The notes below the pieces were generated by a model. That model made no database searches. It was not told the origin of the DNA and saw only the letters and a program-made list of their open reading frames with translations. Position numbers and translations under genes: made by a program. A stretch of 64,000 nucleotides of DNA, from assembly GCA_963755655.1 (NCBI GenBank), contig CAVWKX010000002.1, positions 44,837 through 108,836 of the forward strand, read 5' to 3'. Source of the stretch: an uncultured Acidimicrobiaceae bacterium. Lineage in GTDB: Bacteria > Actinomycetota > Acidimicrobiia > Acidimicrobiales > RAAP-2. This document shows positions 40,327 to 50,285 of the stretch, piece after piece (within the stretch, counting starts at the first letter, position 1; every line of letters starts with the position of its first letter).

Positions 40327-40986
40327 ATGACGTCGACGCCACCAGGGGGCTGGTACCCCGATCCGTCTGGTCCTCCCGGGCTGCAGCGTTGGTGGGACGG
40401 TGCGCAGTGGACCGGGCACACCCAGATGACAGCCATGCCTCCCCCGCAGGCCCTCCCGACCCAACTCGGGCCGCCATTCGTCAGCTACGGCCTCCGCCTC
40501 GGAGGATGGCTCATCGACTGGCTCATCGTCGGCGTCGTCTCCGGCGTCATCATCGCCTTGAGCGGTGCGTACAGCCACACGAGCACCACCGCCACGTATG
40601 CCGACGGTTCCGCCTCCCACTACGCGAGCTTCAACCTCAATTGGGAGGGAATCTCTATTCAGGTAGCCGTCGCGTTGCTGTACGGCATGTTGTTGTGTGG
40701 TTCGAGGCGTGGCCAGACGGTGGGCATGATGGCCGTGGGTATCCGAGCCGTCGACATCGGTAGCGGCGAGTCGATCGGGTACCTACGGGCGGTGTGGCGG
40801 GCTTTTTTCGAATACTTCATGGCCGTGCTGCTCTTCATCCCGTGGATCATCGACATGCTCTTCCCCCTCTGGGATCCGATGCGCCAGTGCTTGCACGACA
40901 AGGTCAGCCGTACGCTCGTGATCGACGCCAGGGCCCAGTGGCACCCAGGAAGCGAAAGGGCACTCCATCGGATTTCTCGAGCTTGA
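40327..40986 (+). CDS. RDD family membrane protein with DUF2510-type N-terminus
   Basis: GGWYPDPSGPPGLQRWWDGAQWT followed by an RDD-like TM core (RLGGWLIDWLIVGVV...). GGAGAGG RBS. Confidence 0.85.
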   Translation: MTSTPPGGWYPDPSGPPGLQRWWDGAQWTGHTQMTAMPPPQALPTQLGPPFVSYGLRLGGWLIDWLIVGVVSGVIIALSGAYSHTSTTATYADGSASHYASFNLNWEGISIQVAVALLYGMLLCGSRRGQTVGMMAVGIRAVDIGSGESIGYLRAVWRAFFEYFMAVLLFIPWIIDMLFPLWDPMRQCLHDKVSRTLVIDARAQWHPGSERALHRISRA

Positions 40987-40999
40987 GCTCGGCTGCCTC

Positions 41000-41626
41000 C
41001 TACATCTCACCGTGTCCGACCGGACCTGCTGGCTCGTAGGTCCCGATGACGATGCTGCCTTCGGTGACGGTGAGATCGACGGCGCGCAGCGTCGTGGGCA
41101 AGATGCCATCGTTGAACAAGCGGCGCCCGGAGCCGAGGACGACCGGGAATGTCATGAGACGGAACCGATCGACGAGATCGTGCCGTAACAGCGTCTGGAG
41201 CAGATTGCCGCTTCCCCAGATCTGCAACTCGTCGCCGGCCTCGTCCTTCAGCGTTCGGACCGATGCCACCACGTCGCCGGTCACGAGATGAGCCGTGTCG
41301 GGGTGCTCGCCGCGCCAGGTCGCATCGGCCTCGCTGAGGGAGTCGGAGACGACGTACTTGGGCAGCGAATTGATAGCGGTGGCGAGAGGGTCGGCGGGAT
41401 CGGTCTGATCAGGCCAGTGGCCGCGAAAGATCTCGAACGTTCGACGACCGAACAGGAACGCGCTGGCATGGCTGTTGAGCTCCACGACGAATTCGCCGAC
41501 GGCTGGGTCGACGAACGGGGCCTGCCAGCCGCCATGGATAAAGGCGTCGCTGGGATCTTCATCGGGTCCACCGGGCGCCTGCGACACGCCGTCGAGGGTC
41601 TGGAACGTCTGCACGGTGAGCTTCAT
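41000..41626 (-). CDS. dihydrofolate reductase-like (RibD C-terminal domain) protein
   Basis: MKLTVQTFQTLDGV...LFGRRTFE...LQIWGSGNLLQTLL...FPVVLGSGRRLF. Confidence 0.85.
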   Translation of the reverse strand: MKLTVQTFQTLDGVSQAPGGPDEDPSDAFIHGGWQAPFVDPAVGEFVVELNSHASAFLFGRRTFEIFRGHWPDQTDPADPLATAINSLPKYVVSDSLSEADATWRGEHPDTAHLVTGDVVASVRTLKDEAGDELQIWGSGNLLQTLLRHDLVDRFRLMTFPVVLGSGRRLFNDGILPTTLRAVDLTVTEGSIVIGTYEPAGPVGHGEM

Positions 41627-41830
41627 ATGTCGGAACCTAGCGGTGCCGGCGGGTCTGCCCCGTCCCGATCCGCGTTTCTGGTCGAGGTCTCGTCTCCCGG
41701 TGGCGCGCAACCAGCCGGGTCCGGGCCTCGCTCGGTGGAATACTTCCCGGGTGGATAACTGGGCGCGCCCCTCTATGGCGAGCCTTGCCGCGAATGTGCC
41801 TTTACATGGTCAGCTGGACTCGCAACCACA

Positions 41831-42256
41831 GTGTCGCTGATGCGAGGGATGCCCGACTCCATCGACGAGTTGGTCAAGGACGCGACGGGAACCGAGCGAC
41901 TGCCTCACCTTGGGTGGAACGTGTCCGGCTACATCGCCCACATGACGGACAACACGCGGATCTGGTCGGAGCGGCTCGTCGCCGTGGCACGCGGTGCTGA
42001 TACCCACGTCGTCCCATATGACCCTGATCTTCTGGCGGAGTCCAGGCACTACAACGAAGTGGCCCTGCAGGGAGCGCAATGGTCGCTGCGGATCGCGGTT
42101 GATTCCTGGCTGAACGCGGTCAGGGAGGCGGATGCTGCCTCAGTGGTGATGTTGCACTCAGAGCGGGGAGAGATGGAGCTTCACGATGTTGTGGCGTCGA
42201 ACACCCATGATGCCGTCCACCACCACTGGGATGTCACGCAGATTCTCCGGGGGTAG
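41831..42256 (+). CDS. DinB-like (four-helix, metal-binding) protein; start uncertain
   Basis: His-rich helices (YIAHMTDN...HDAVHHHWD). The frame is open upstream to 41759 (YGEPCRECAFTW). An out-of-frame ATG at 41775 suggests a possible start-proximal frameshift. Confidence 0.55.
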   Translation: MSLMRGMPDSIDELVKDATGTERLPHLGWNVSGYIAHMTDNTRIWSERLVAVARGADTHVVPYDPDLLAESRHYNEVALQGAQWSLRIAVDSWLNAVREADAASVVMLHSERGEMELHDVVASNTHDAVHHHWDVTQILRG

Positions 42257-42307
42257 TGAAGACAGATCACCGGCCTCAGGGCCGCTTCGCCTTGAGCACC
42301 GAGGCGG

Positions 42308-42868
42308 TCATGCGTGGGTGACGCGATAATGCAGGTAGACGATTCCACTGCGGAGTTGTCGCTCGTTGAGCAGCTCGAGGCTGAGGCGCGACTTCGTGGG
42401 GAGGGCATGTTTGCCGCCCCCGAGCACGATCGGCCAGTAGTAGAGGTGGCACTCGTCAACCAGCTCCGCCGCAAAGGCCTGGGCGGCGAGATCAGCTCCT
42501 CCTACCGTGAGATCCCGGCTTTCGCCCGTCTTCATCTGCCGAATGGCCTCCACATCGAAGCTTTGCTCAAGGGCGGTCTGGGCGCTCGATGCCGAAGCCA
42601 GTGTCTTCGAGAACACGATCTTCCGGGCCGCTCGCCACATGTTCGAGAAGTCCACGACCCAGGACGGCTGGTCGGCGACGGGTGCGGTTTCCCAGTAGAC
42701 CATCGCCTCGTACATGCCACGTCCATAGAGGTACGTGCCGACCTGTCGCTGTAGGCCGTTGATGGAAGTGAAGTACTCCTCGTCAGGGTTCCCCCAGTTA
42801 ATGCCGCCGTCTGGATCCTCCATGTAGCAGTCGAGCGACGCGTTCGCTATGTAGATGAGCTTGGCCAT
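42308..42868 (-). CDS. dihydrofolate reductase-like (RibD C-terminal domain) protein
   Basis: ATG 42868 follows GGAGG. MAKLIYIANASLDCYMEDPDG...LYGRGMYE...LTVGGADLAAQ...YYWPIVLGGG. Confidence 0.85.
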   Translation of the reverse strand: MAKLIYIANASLDCYMEDPDGGINWGNPDEEYFTSINGLQRQVGTYLYGRGMYEAMVYWETAPVADQPSWVVDFSNMWRAARKIVFSKTLASASSAQTALEQSFDVEAIRQMKTGESRDLTVGGADLAAQAFAAELVDECHLYYWPIVLGGGKHALPTKSRLSLELLNERQLRSGIVYLHYRVTHA

Positions 42869-42965
42869 GCTGAGCCTCCGAACCGGGACCTCGACCGAAG
42901 TTAGTTCGCGCGGGCCGACCGGGCAGACGTACTCCCTCCCACGGCGCTGGGCGGCACCCCGTACC

Positions 42966-43427
42966 ATGAGAGCGATGGTCAGGGTCGGGGGAATCGATGA
43001 CGCTGTGTGGACCGAGCCATCGGGCAATGTCGCGCCAGGCGGGCGTACGACCCGAAGGCAGCGAATCACCGTCATTGCGTTTCTGGTTGTCGTCGGAGTG
43101 GGGGTCGTCTATCCGATCGGAGCCGCCGCCTTCAGCCGGAAGGACTACGGAACGTTTGCCTTTTGGAACGTGCCGAGCCGGATTGGCTACTGCGGACGGA
43201 CGTATGAAGACGGCGGCCCGGAACAAGGGAGCCCCGCCTTGTTCGCGTCCCATGACAGCGAGGCCGGTGCGCATTGGAGCCGGCTGTCCTGGACCTTCAG
43301 TGGGCGCTCGATTTACGCCGTCACCGCCGCGCCGAATCCGCCGACGATCACGGTGTGCACGATGGTCCTGTACATCCCGCTCGGCGGGGGTAGGTGGGAG
43401 ACCTACTCCCTCAGTGGCGGGCCGTAA
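42966..43427 (+). CDS. hypothetical membrane-anchored protein
   Basis: One N-terminal TM helix (ITVIAFLVVVGVGVVYPIGAAAF) then a ~100-aa domain with no recognised motif. Confidence 0.45.
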   Translation: MRAMVRVGGIDDAVWTEPSGNVAPGGRTTRRQRITVIAFLVVVGVGVVYPIGAAAFSRKDYGTFAFWNVPSRIGYCGRTYEDGGPEQGSPALFASHDSEAGAHWSRLSWTFSGRSIYAVTAAPNPPTITVCTMVLYIPLGGGRWETYSLSGGP

Positions 43428-43488
43428 CGGCAGTCGCTCGTACGCCAATAGCGCCAGCTATCGCGGCCTGTCGATTCGACCGGGTTGG

Positions 43489-44232
43489 TCAGACCGCTCG
43501 GACTTCGGCGAGCCGCTCAACTGCGTAGCCGTCGTCCCAGCAAACGGCAGCCTCCCATGCAGCCGATGCTTGCTCGGCGATGTCGCGCGCCACGCTGTCG
43601 AGATCGGCGGCGTTGTGAGGAAGCACGAGGTCAAAGTCCGGGACATCGACGTGCGACTCGTCCCAGTCGATCAGTGCCACGCGATCCGCGGTCACGCGGA
43701 CGTTTCCAGGGTTGTTGGGGTCGCCGTGGACGACGCAGGTCGGACGTCCGCTGAGGCGGGACCATGCTGCCCGGCATCGAGCAACGCCTTCAGAGGGCAT
43801 GGCGCGGAGGTCGATCTTCGTCCCGGTTTCTTCGTGCAGGAGGTCGGTCGACGACCGCCAGCCCGGCCGTTGCGGCCAGCCCTGTGTCAACCGATGCAGC
43901 TGACGGAGTGCGTCGGCAACGCGACGCCAGTCGTTCTCCGTCTCGGGTGGTCCTCCCTCGACGTAGGTCATGACCACCAGACCGTCGGCGAACAGCCGGC
44001 CGTCCGTTGTCGCGATCGGCACCGGCACCGTCAGACCCTCACGTTCCAGGTGTTGGAGGAGCTCGGTCTCCCAAGCGAGGTCAGCGTCACTCCTGGCACC
44101 GAGACGACCAACGGCGAGATCCCCGTTGACGCGGACGCTCCACACGTCGTTGGCCACTCCGCCAGCGAACGGTTCGATGCGAGCGACATCGTCACCCCAT
44201 TGCTCGAGCGCCTCCCATCCCATCGACGACAT
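43489..44232 (-). CDS. aminoglycoside/choline-kinase-type phosphotransferase (APH family)
   Basis: VVHGDPNNPGNV (HGDxxxxN) and LIDWDES (DxD) motifs. Confidence 0.8.
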   Translation of the reverse strand: MSSMGWEALEQWGDDVARIEPFAGGVANDVWSVRVNGDLAVGRLGARSDADLAWETELLQHLEREGLTVPVPIATTDGRLFADGLVVMTYVEGGPPETENDWRRVADALRQLHRLTQGWPQRPGWRSSTDLLHEETGTKIDLRAMPSEGVARCRAAWSRLSGRPTCVVHGDPNNPGNVRVTADRVALIDWDESHVDVPDFDLVLPHNAADLDSVARDIAEQASAAWEAAVCWDDGYAVERLAEVRAV

Positions 44233-44298
44233 CTTCGCGAAGTTCCGAACATTCCGCGACGAGGCACGGTCACGGAGCGCTCGATGCAGCTGGGGCGC

Positions 44299-45312
44299 TC
44301 AGCCGGGAGGCTCTGCCGTGCTCCCACGGACGACAAGTGCGGCGGGGACGACGACGTGTCGCTCCACCGGATCATTGTCGGCGAGTGCGAGCAGCAGCTC
44401 GACGCTACGGCGCCCAACTTCGCCGAAGTCCTGACGGACCGTCGTCAGCGGCGGCAGGAAATAGCCCGATTCGGGCGTGTCGTCGAATCCGACCACGCTC
44501 ACGTCCTCGGGGACCCGTCGACCCGCGTCATGGAGGCCTCGGATCACCCCGAGCGCCGTCTGGTCGTTGGCGGCGAAGATGGCGGTCACCGCCGGATCGG
44601 CGGCGAGCCGCCTTCCGGCGTCGTAGCCCTTGCTGGGCCCCCAGTCTCCCGCCACGGACGTTCCGCGTTCCGCTGGATACGACCGGAGTGCTTCCGACCA
44701 GCCTCGCAGGCGCGCCGTGGCGTCGATCCAGCTCTGTGGCCCGGCGACGTGATGCACGGTGCGGTGGCCGAGGTCGAGGAGGTGTCGCGTGGCGAGGCGG
44801 GCCCCCTCGAGCTGGTCGATCGTGACGGTCGGCGTGCCGATGGCCGGATCGCCTCCCACCACGACGAGGGGCATGTCCCCATCGAGCCGGGCCGCGGCCT
44901 CGATGACGCGTTTGACCGGTGCGACCACGATGACTCCCTGCGCATGGGACGCCCGCAAGCGGTCGAGCGTGGACGCCATGTCATTGCCGCTCCTGCTGAG
45001 CGTGACGAAGCTCAGCAGATGACCGGCCTCTCGCGCCGCCGCCTCAATGCCGAAGAGCATGTGGGACGGTCCGAACTGCTCGGTCTCGACGGCCATCACC
45101 CCCAATGTCCGGGATCGGCCGCCGGCCAGTACCCGCGCCGCCGTGTTCGCCTGGTAGTCGAGGGCGATCACCGCCTCCTCGACGCGGAGCCGGGTCTCTT
45201 CGGCGACGCCGGCGAACCCGTTCAGCACGCGGGAAACCGTCATGACGGAGACGCCGGCTTGGGCGGCGACGTCGGCCATGACGGCACGGCGCGGTGGCAT
45301 GTCGGCCGTCAT
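44299..45312 (-). CDS. LacI family transcriptional regulator (downstream of xylAB)
   Basis: 337 aa. HTH is VMADVAAQAGVSVMTVSRVLNG, followed by a periplasmic-binding-fold sugar domain. Intact. Confidence 0.9.
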   Translation of the reverse strand: MTADMPPRRAVMADVAAQAGVSVMTVSRVLNGFAGVAEETRLRVEEAVIALDYQANTAARVLAGGRSRTLGVMAVETEQFGPSHMLFGIEAAAREAGHLLSFVTLSRSGNDMASTLDRLRASHAQGVIVVAPVKRVIEAAARLDGDMPLVVVGGDPAIGTPTVTIDQLEGARLATRHLLDLGHRTVHHVAGPQSWIDATARLRGWSEALRSYPAERGTSVAGDWGPSKGYDAGRRLAADPAVTAIFAANDQTALGVIRGLHDAGRRVPEDVSVVGFDDTPESGYFLPPLTTVRQDFGEVGRRSVELLLALADNDPVERHVVVPAALVVRGSTAEPPG

Positions 45313-45340
45313 GCCTCGGTGGAGTCGAACTTGCGATAGG

Positions 45341-46764
45341 TCATTCCGGAGCCTCCGCAACGGCGTCGGCGTAGGCGGCCCGGATGGCGGCATGGTCGAC
45401 GGTGCCGTCCGGCTCGACGGTTTCGCCGCGGCCCAGTCCCCACGCCTCGGCCACCTGCGTCGACATCGCGTCCGTGGTGGACTGCGGCGGCCTGGACTGC
45501 CGCACCGGCGGCGACGAGCTCGTTCTCGAGCCGGCACCCGGACGGGGCGTCCGGTGAGGTCGGCCACGACGCGCCTGTAGGCGGCGCTGCGGGCGGCACC
45601 GCCGACGAGGAACACGCGTTCCGTGTGCCGTGTCGGTGCCGAGCGCGTCCGCCCCGGCGAGCAGATTGCAGACCACGCCTTCGACGGCGGCCCGGGCGAG
45701 TTGGGCCGGTGTCACGTCGGTGCGCAAGCCCGTCAGCACGCCAGTCGCATCCGGCCTGTTGGGCGTCCGCTCGCCGTCGAGGTAGGGGACGAGCACCAGA
45801 CCACCCGCGCCGGCCGGCGCCTCGAGGGCCAGTGCGTCGAAATGCGCCTGGTCCACTCCGAGCAGCCGCGCCACGGCGTCGGTCACCTTGGTCGCGTTCA
45901 TGGTGCAGACCAGCGGCAGGTAGCGGCCGGTCGCGTCGGCGAAGCCGGCCACCGTTCCGGTCGGGTCCGCTGGCGCTTCGGTGGAGACGGTGAACGCCGT
46001 GCCACTCGTGCCGAGGCTCAGCGCCAGGTCGCCCGGCCGGAGGCCGAGGCCGAGGGCGGCGGCCATGTTGTCGCCCGTCCCGGCGGCCACCGTGATCCCC
46101 GCGCCGCGCCACTCCCCGGCGATGGCGTCGGGTGCGAGCACCTCGGGGAGCGCCGCCCCCCAGTCGACGTCGTCGCTGACGAGACGCAGGAGGTCGTCCC
46201 GGTAGCGGGCTTCTCGCGGCGACCAGTATCCCGTTCCCGAGGCGTCCCCCGATCGGTGGTCCGCCGGCCCGTGAGCCGGAAGGTGAGCCAGTCGTGCGGC
46301 AACAGAACGGTCGCGACGCGCCGGAAGGTCTCGGGCTCGCAGCGGTGGAGCCAGTGCAGCTTGGCGATCGTGAAGCTCGGGAGCGGGACGCTTCCGCACG
46401 CGGCGGCCCAGCCGGCCTGACCGCCCGGCAGCGCGGCCAGGAGCATGCCGGTGTCGGGTGCGGATTCGGTGTCGTTCCAGAGCTTGGCCGGACGCAGGAC
46501 GTCGCCGTCGTCGCCGAGGACGACGAGTCCGTGCTGCTGGGCGGCCACGGAAATGGCGGATGGCGTCTCTCTGGCCGGGAGGGCGGCCTCGGCGCAGGCC
46601 GCATGGAACGCGTGTTCCCACGCCGCGGGATGTTGCTCGCTGCGCGGCGGGGACGTCGGAGGGTGCGCGGCACGGCCGGACGCCACCACGGCGCCGGTAT
46701 CGACGTCGCGGACCTGGACCTTGCAGGCGGACGTGGACGAGTCGACCCCGACCACCAGGGGCAC
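45341..46764 (-). pseudogene. xylB: xylulokinase, at least 4 frameshifts
   Basis: GTG 46764 overlaps the xylA stop. Blocks [55 protein letters not shown] and ELVAAGAAVQAA lie in different frames. Confidence 0.8.
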
Positions 46765-47923
46765 TAGCGGGCCCCGAGCAGCAATTCGGTGACGAGCTGG
46801 TCCAGGCGTTCGTGCCCGTAGCCCTGTGCCGCCAGCGCGTCCTCGTCGTAGGTGCCCGCCAGCAGTTCGTCCGAGGCCGCCGGCCGGGGTCGTGGGCTCG
46901 GCCAGCTCGGCCACCTTGGCCACTCGGAGCGCCTCTTGGATCTCCGCGTCCTCGTGGAAGCGACGCGCCTTGTCGGCCAGGATCAGGTAGGTGCGCATGC
47001 AGCCGCGGGCGAAGTCCCATACGCCGTCGGCGTCTTCGGTGCGGTACGGGTGCGCGTCGAAGTGCCGCATGCCGTCCCACCCGGAATCCTCCAGGAGCTT
47101 GACCACATAGAAGGCGTCACGGATCCCCTCGGAGCCGAACCGGAAGTCCTGGTCGAACTTGCCGATCCGCTGCGCGTTGAGGTCGATGTGGAAGAGCTTG
47201 TGCTGCCAGAGGGCCTGCGCCACTGCCTGCGAGAAGGAGAGGCCGCTCATGGTCTCGTGCGCGAACTCCGGGTTGAGCCCGACCATCTCGGGACGTTCGA
47301 GCATCCCGATGAAGGCGAGCGCGTGACCTACCGTCGGGAGGAGGATGTCGCCGCGGGGCTCGTTCGGCTTGGGCTCGAGCGCGATGCGAAGGCGAAGGTC
47401 CCGCGCCACGATGTGCTCGCACACGAGATCGATCGCCTCCTTGTAGCGATCGAGGGCGAGCCGCACGTCCTTGGCCGCCTCGGCCTCCATGCCCTCACGG
47501 CCACCCCACAGCACGAACACCTCGGCGCCGAGCTCGGCGCCGAGCTCGGTCGCCTCACACGCCTTCTTGACCGAGAGCCGGCGCACCCGCGGGTCGTTGG
47601 CCGTGAACGCCCCCTCCTTGAAGACGGGCCGCCAGAAGAGGTTCGTCGTCACCATGGGGACGTGCATGCCGGTCGCGTCGAGCGCGCGCCGGAACCGCTT
47701 GAGGATGTCGTCGCGCTCGTTGGCGCGAGGAGCCGTACGGGACGAGGTCGTTGTCGTGGAAGCTCACGCCGTATGCGCCGAGCTCGGCGAGCCGATGCAC
47801 CGAATCGACCGGATCGAGCGGCGCACGCACCTCGGTGCCGAAGGGATCCCGGCCGGGATTCCCCACGGTCCAGAGCCCGAAGGTGAAGTGGTCTTCCGGT
47901 CGCGGGGTGAAGAGCTCGGTCAT
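46764..47923 (-). pseudogene. xylA: xylose isomerase, 2 frameshifts (near 47730 and 46885)
   Basis: [40 protein letters not shown] and FHIDLN are present. The C-terminal [10 protein letters not shown] lies in a third frame. Confidence 0.85.
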
Positions 47924-47993
47924 GGTCCTCCTGTCGTGGCTCCGCCCGGGTCCGCCGCCATGATCTCGGCGCGTTGTCCCAGGCAGCGGCCGA

Positions 47994-48007
47994 TGATAGC
48001 GTTATCA
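47994..48007. promoter_or_regulatory. LacI-type CG-centred operator candidate TGATAGCGTTATCA
   Basis: Centred in the divergent xylA/oxidoreductase intergenic region. 12 of 14 positions are self-complementary. Confidence 0.5.
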
Positions 48008-48072
48008 GCGCGAGAAGTCTTCTCGGAGTGGAAGGGATCCATGCCTCGTCACGGCGCCAAGGGCCGCACACA

Positions 48073-49044
48073 ATGATCCGCTGGGGCGTCATCGGACCGG
48101 GCAGCATCGCCACGGGATTCGCGGAGGCGATGCAGTGGGCCGAGGGAGGCACCATCACGGCCGTGGCCTCACGTTCGGCCGAGCGGGCCGAGGCCTTCGG
48201 CGACCGGTTCGACATACCGACCCGCTACGGCGACTACGACGCACTCGCCGCCGATCCCGATGTCGACGTCGTCTACGTCGCCACGCCGCACTCCCGCCAC
48301 GAGGTCGACACCATCGCCCTCCTGCGGGCGGGCAAGCACGTCCTGTGCGAGAAGCCGTTCGCGCTCAACGCCCGCCAGGCGGCACGGATGGCCGAGGAGG
48401 CCCGGAGCCGGGGGCTCTTCCTGATGGAAGCCATCTGGAGCCGGTTCCTTCCGGCCTACCGCTCCCTGGTCGACGTCATCGGGGCGGGTCGCATCGGCGA
48501 GCCGCTGCTCGTCGAGGCCGATTTCGGGTTCCGGCGACCGGTGGATCCCGATCACCGGCACTTCGCTCGCGAGCTCGGCGGCGGCGCGCTCCTCGACCTC
48601 GGGATCTACCCCATCCAGCTCTGCACGCTCGTCCTGGGCCCGATCGAGCGGGTCGTGTCAGATGGCGTGGTGGGCGAGACCGGCGTCGACGAGGTGGTCA
48701 CCGCGTTGCTGCACCACCCCGAAGGAAGGCTGGGCGTGGTCAAGGCGGCCATACGGGTCAACCTGACGTGTACGGCTCGCATCGCGGGGACCGAAGGAGT
48801 CATCGATCTTCCGGCGATGATGCACTGCCCGAACTCGCTCACCGTCTCGAGCGCGGCCGGCGTCGACCACATCGACGCGTCCTACGAGGGGAACGGGCTG
48901 CGCTTCGAGATCGACGAGGTGCACCGATGCCTGGCCGAGGGGCGGACCGAGAGCGACGTCGTCTCTCTGGACGAGTCCATCGCGCTGGCCACGACGCTGG
49001 ACACCATCCGGGCCGACCTCGGCGTGGTGTACCCCGGAGAATGA
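48073..49044 (+). CDS. Gfo/Idh/MocA family oxidoreductase
   Basis: MIRWGVIGPGSIA Rossmann N-terminus and the CEKPF motif. 323 aa, intact. Confidence 0.85.
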   Translation: MIRWGVIGPGSIATGFAEAMQWAEGGTITAVASRSAERAEAFGDRFDIPTRYGDYDALAADPDVDVVYVATPHSRHEVDTIALLRAGKHVLCEKPFALNARQAARMAEEARSRGLFLMEAIWSRFLPAYRSLVDVIGAGRIGEPLLVEADFGFRRPVDPDHRHFARELGGGALLDLGIYPIQLCTLVLGPIERVVSDGVVGETGVDEVVTALLHHPEGRLGVVKAAIRVNLTCTARIAGTEGVIDLPAMMHCPNSLTVSSAAGVDHIDASYEGNGLRFEIDEVHRCLAEGRTESDVVSLDESIALATTLDTIRADLGVVYPGE

Positions 49045-49061
49045 GCGAGCGGGACGGTGCC

Positions 49062-50285
49062 CTACCGGAGCCGGTAGAGCACCTCGCCGGCGTCGGGCAC
49101 CACCAGGGCGTCGGGGTCGGCCAGCCAGGTCGTCGAGGTCGACGGCGTCGGGCGCGAGGTAGCCGAGGTTCGCGTGTCGGACCAGGGCCTCGGGGATGCC
49201 GGTGGCGAGCGTCACGTGCACGCGCTGGTGCTCACCCGTCGCCCGGTCGTACGTCCCGGCTCCGAAGAGGTGGGTGGAGTGCGCCAGCTCGCCCAGCGGC
49301 ACGTCGCGGTAGCGGTCCCAATGAGCCAGGAAGAAGTCGCGGCAGTGGTAGCCGATGTCCGTCAGGCGAGGGTGCATGGCCGCGATCTCGGTGATGTGCG
49401 GCGCGTACAGGACGACCTCGCCCCGTCGGCGACGACGGGCTCGACCTTGTAGAAGCCCTTCGCCCCGGTCCACAGGTCCGGGTAGCGCTCGGGGACCAAC
49501 GAAAGGACGCGTGCGACCGGCCTGTCGAGATACTCGACATGCGTCTCGGCCGCGACGTCCGCCGCGTCGGCCCACGCCTGCTCGGGCTCCCCGAAGGAGA
49601 GCGACTCCAGCCCGCCGCTGACGTGCTCCACGACGACGCACAGTGCGTGGCGCTCGCCGGGCACCAGGCCTGCCGCGGCATCCACCAGGGCCCGCACCGG
49701 CGTGATGCCCCGGGTCCCGATGATTTCGCTGCTGGTGATCAGGGCACCGAGCCAATGCGTGACGTCGATCATCTCCTGGCCCGACAGGCCGGGAAACAGG
49801 TACTTGTTGCCGCCGGAGAACCCGATGACCTCGTGGGGGAGCACCGGGCCCACAAGCAGCGTCACGTCACTCTCGACGACCAGCCGGTTGATGCGCACCT
49901 CGATGGAGTCATGGATCCGTCCCCCGGAGAGCTCCCTGACCAGCTCGCCGGGCAGCGTGCCCACGTGCACGAAGGTGCCGTCGTCCCACCAGGCGTGGTT
50001 GCGGGTGGGAATCGATGCCGGCCCGACGAGCGCAGCGATGGCAGCGTCGGACATGGGCGCGTGCGTGCCGAGCGCGACGACCGCAACGCAGGAGCTCGCC
50101 CGGCCGCCGACCCCTTCTTCGACAGCCTGGAGGAGGAGCGGCAGCGGGCATTGGCGGGTGCCATCGGGAATGACCACGCACAGCGACCGGCCGGCCAGGT
50201 CCAATCCGGCGACCTGCGCCCGCACGAAGGAGCGGACCACCTCGGGGTCGAGGGTCTGACCGGGCCCCCCCACGGCGACCGTCAC
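49062..50285 (-). pseudogene. LarA-like (DUF2088, nickel-pincer-dependent 2-hydroxyacid racemase/epimerase family) protein, 2 frameshifts
   Basis: GTG 50285 follows GGAGG and overlaps the upstream stop (GTGA). HEVIGFSGGNKYLFPG block is present. Shifts occur near 49430 and 49125. Confidence 0.65.

Noticed and set aside
40327-40342. Mug starting at GTG 40342 and overlapping the divergent RDD start by 16 nt.
   Set aside because: ATG 40269 in another frame encodes MEQALADLVGPDLRV, the expected Mug N-terminus. A single-base frame correction joins it to LFCGINPG.
36600-44300. Integrated prophage or genomic island with defined borders.
   Set aside because: I could recognise no integrase, recombinase, transposase, tRNA gene or flanking direct repeats. 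Only the mixed gene content and local A/T-richness support foreign origin.
42997-45339. Long ORFs antisense to or overlapping well-supported genes (also 2095..3486, 7553..8893, 10111..11124, 11281..12702, 55901..57664, 59294..61132 and others).
   Set aside because: They have Arg/Pro/Gly-rich low-complexity translations and no family motifs. They mirror the frames of convincing genes on the opposite strand, which is typical of shadow ORFs in high-GC genomes.
46018-47667. A 549-aa ORF spanning xylA and xylB as one protein.
   Set aside because: It is a chimera. The xylA C-terminus (…LLLGAR*) ends at 46764 in another frame, and the xylB GTG overlaps that stop.
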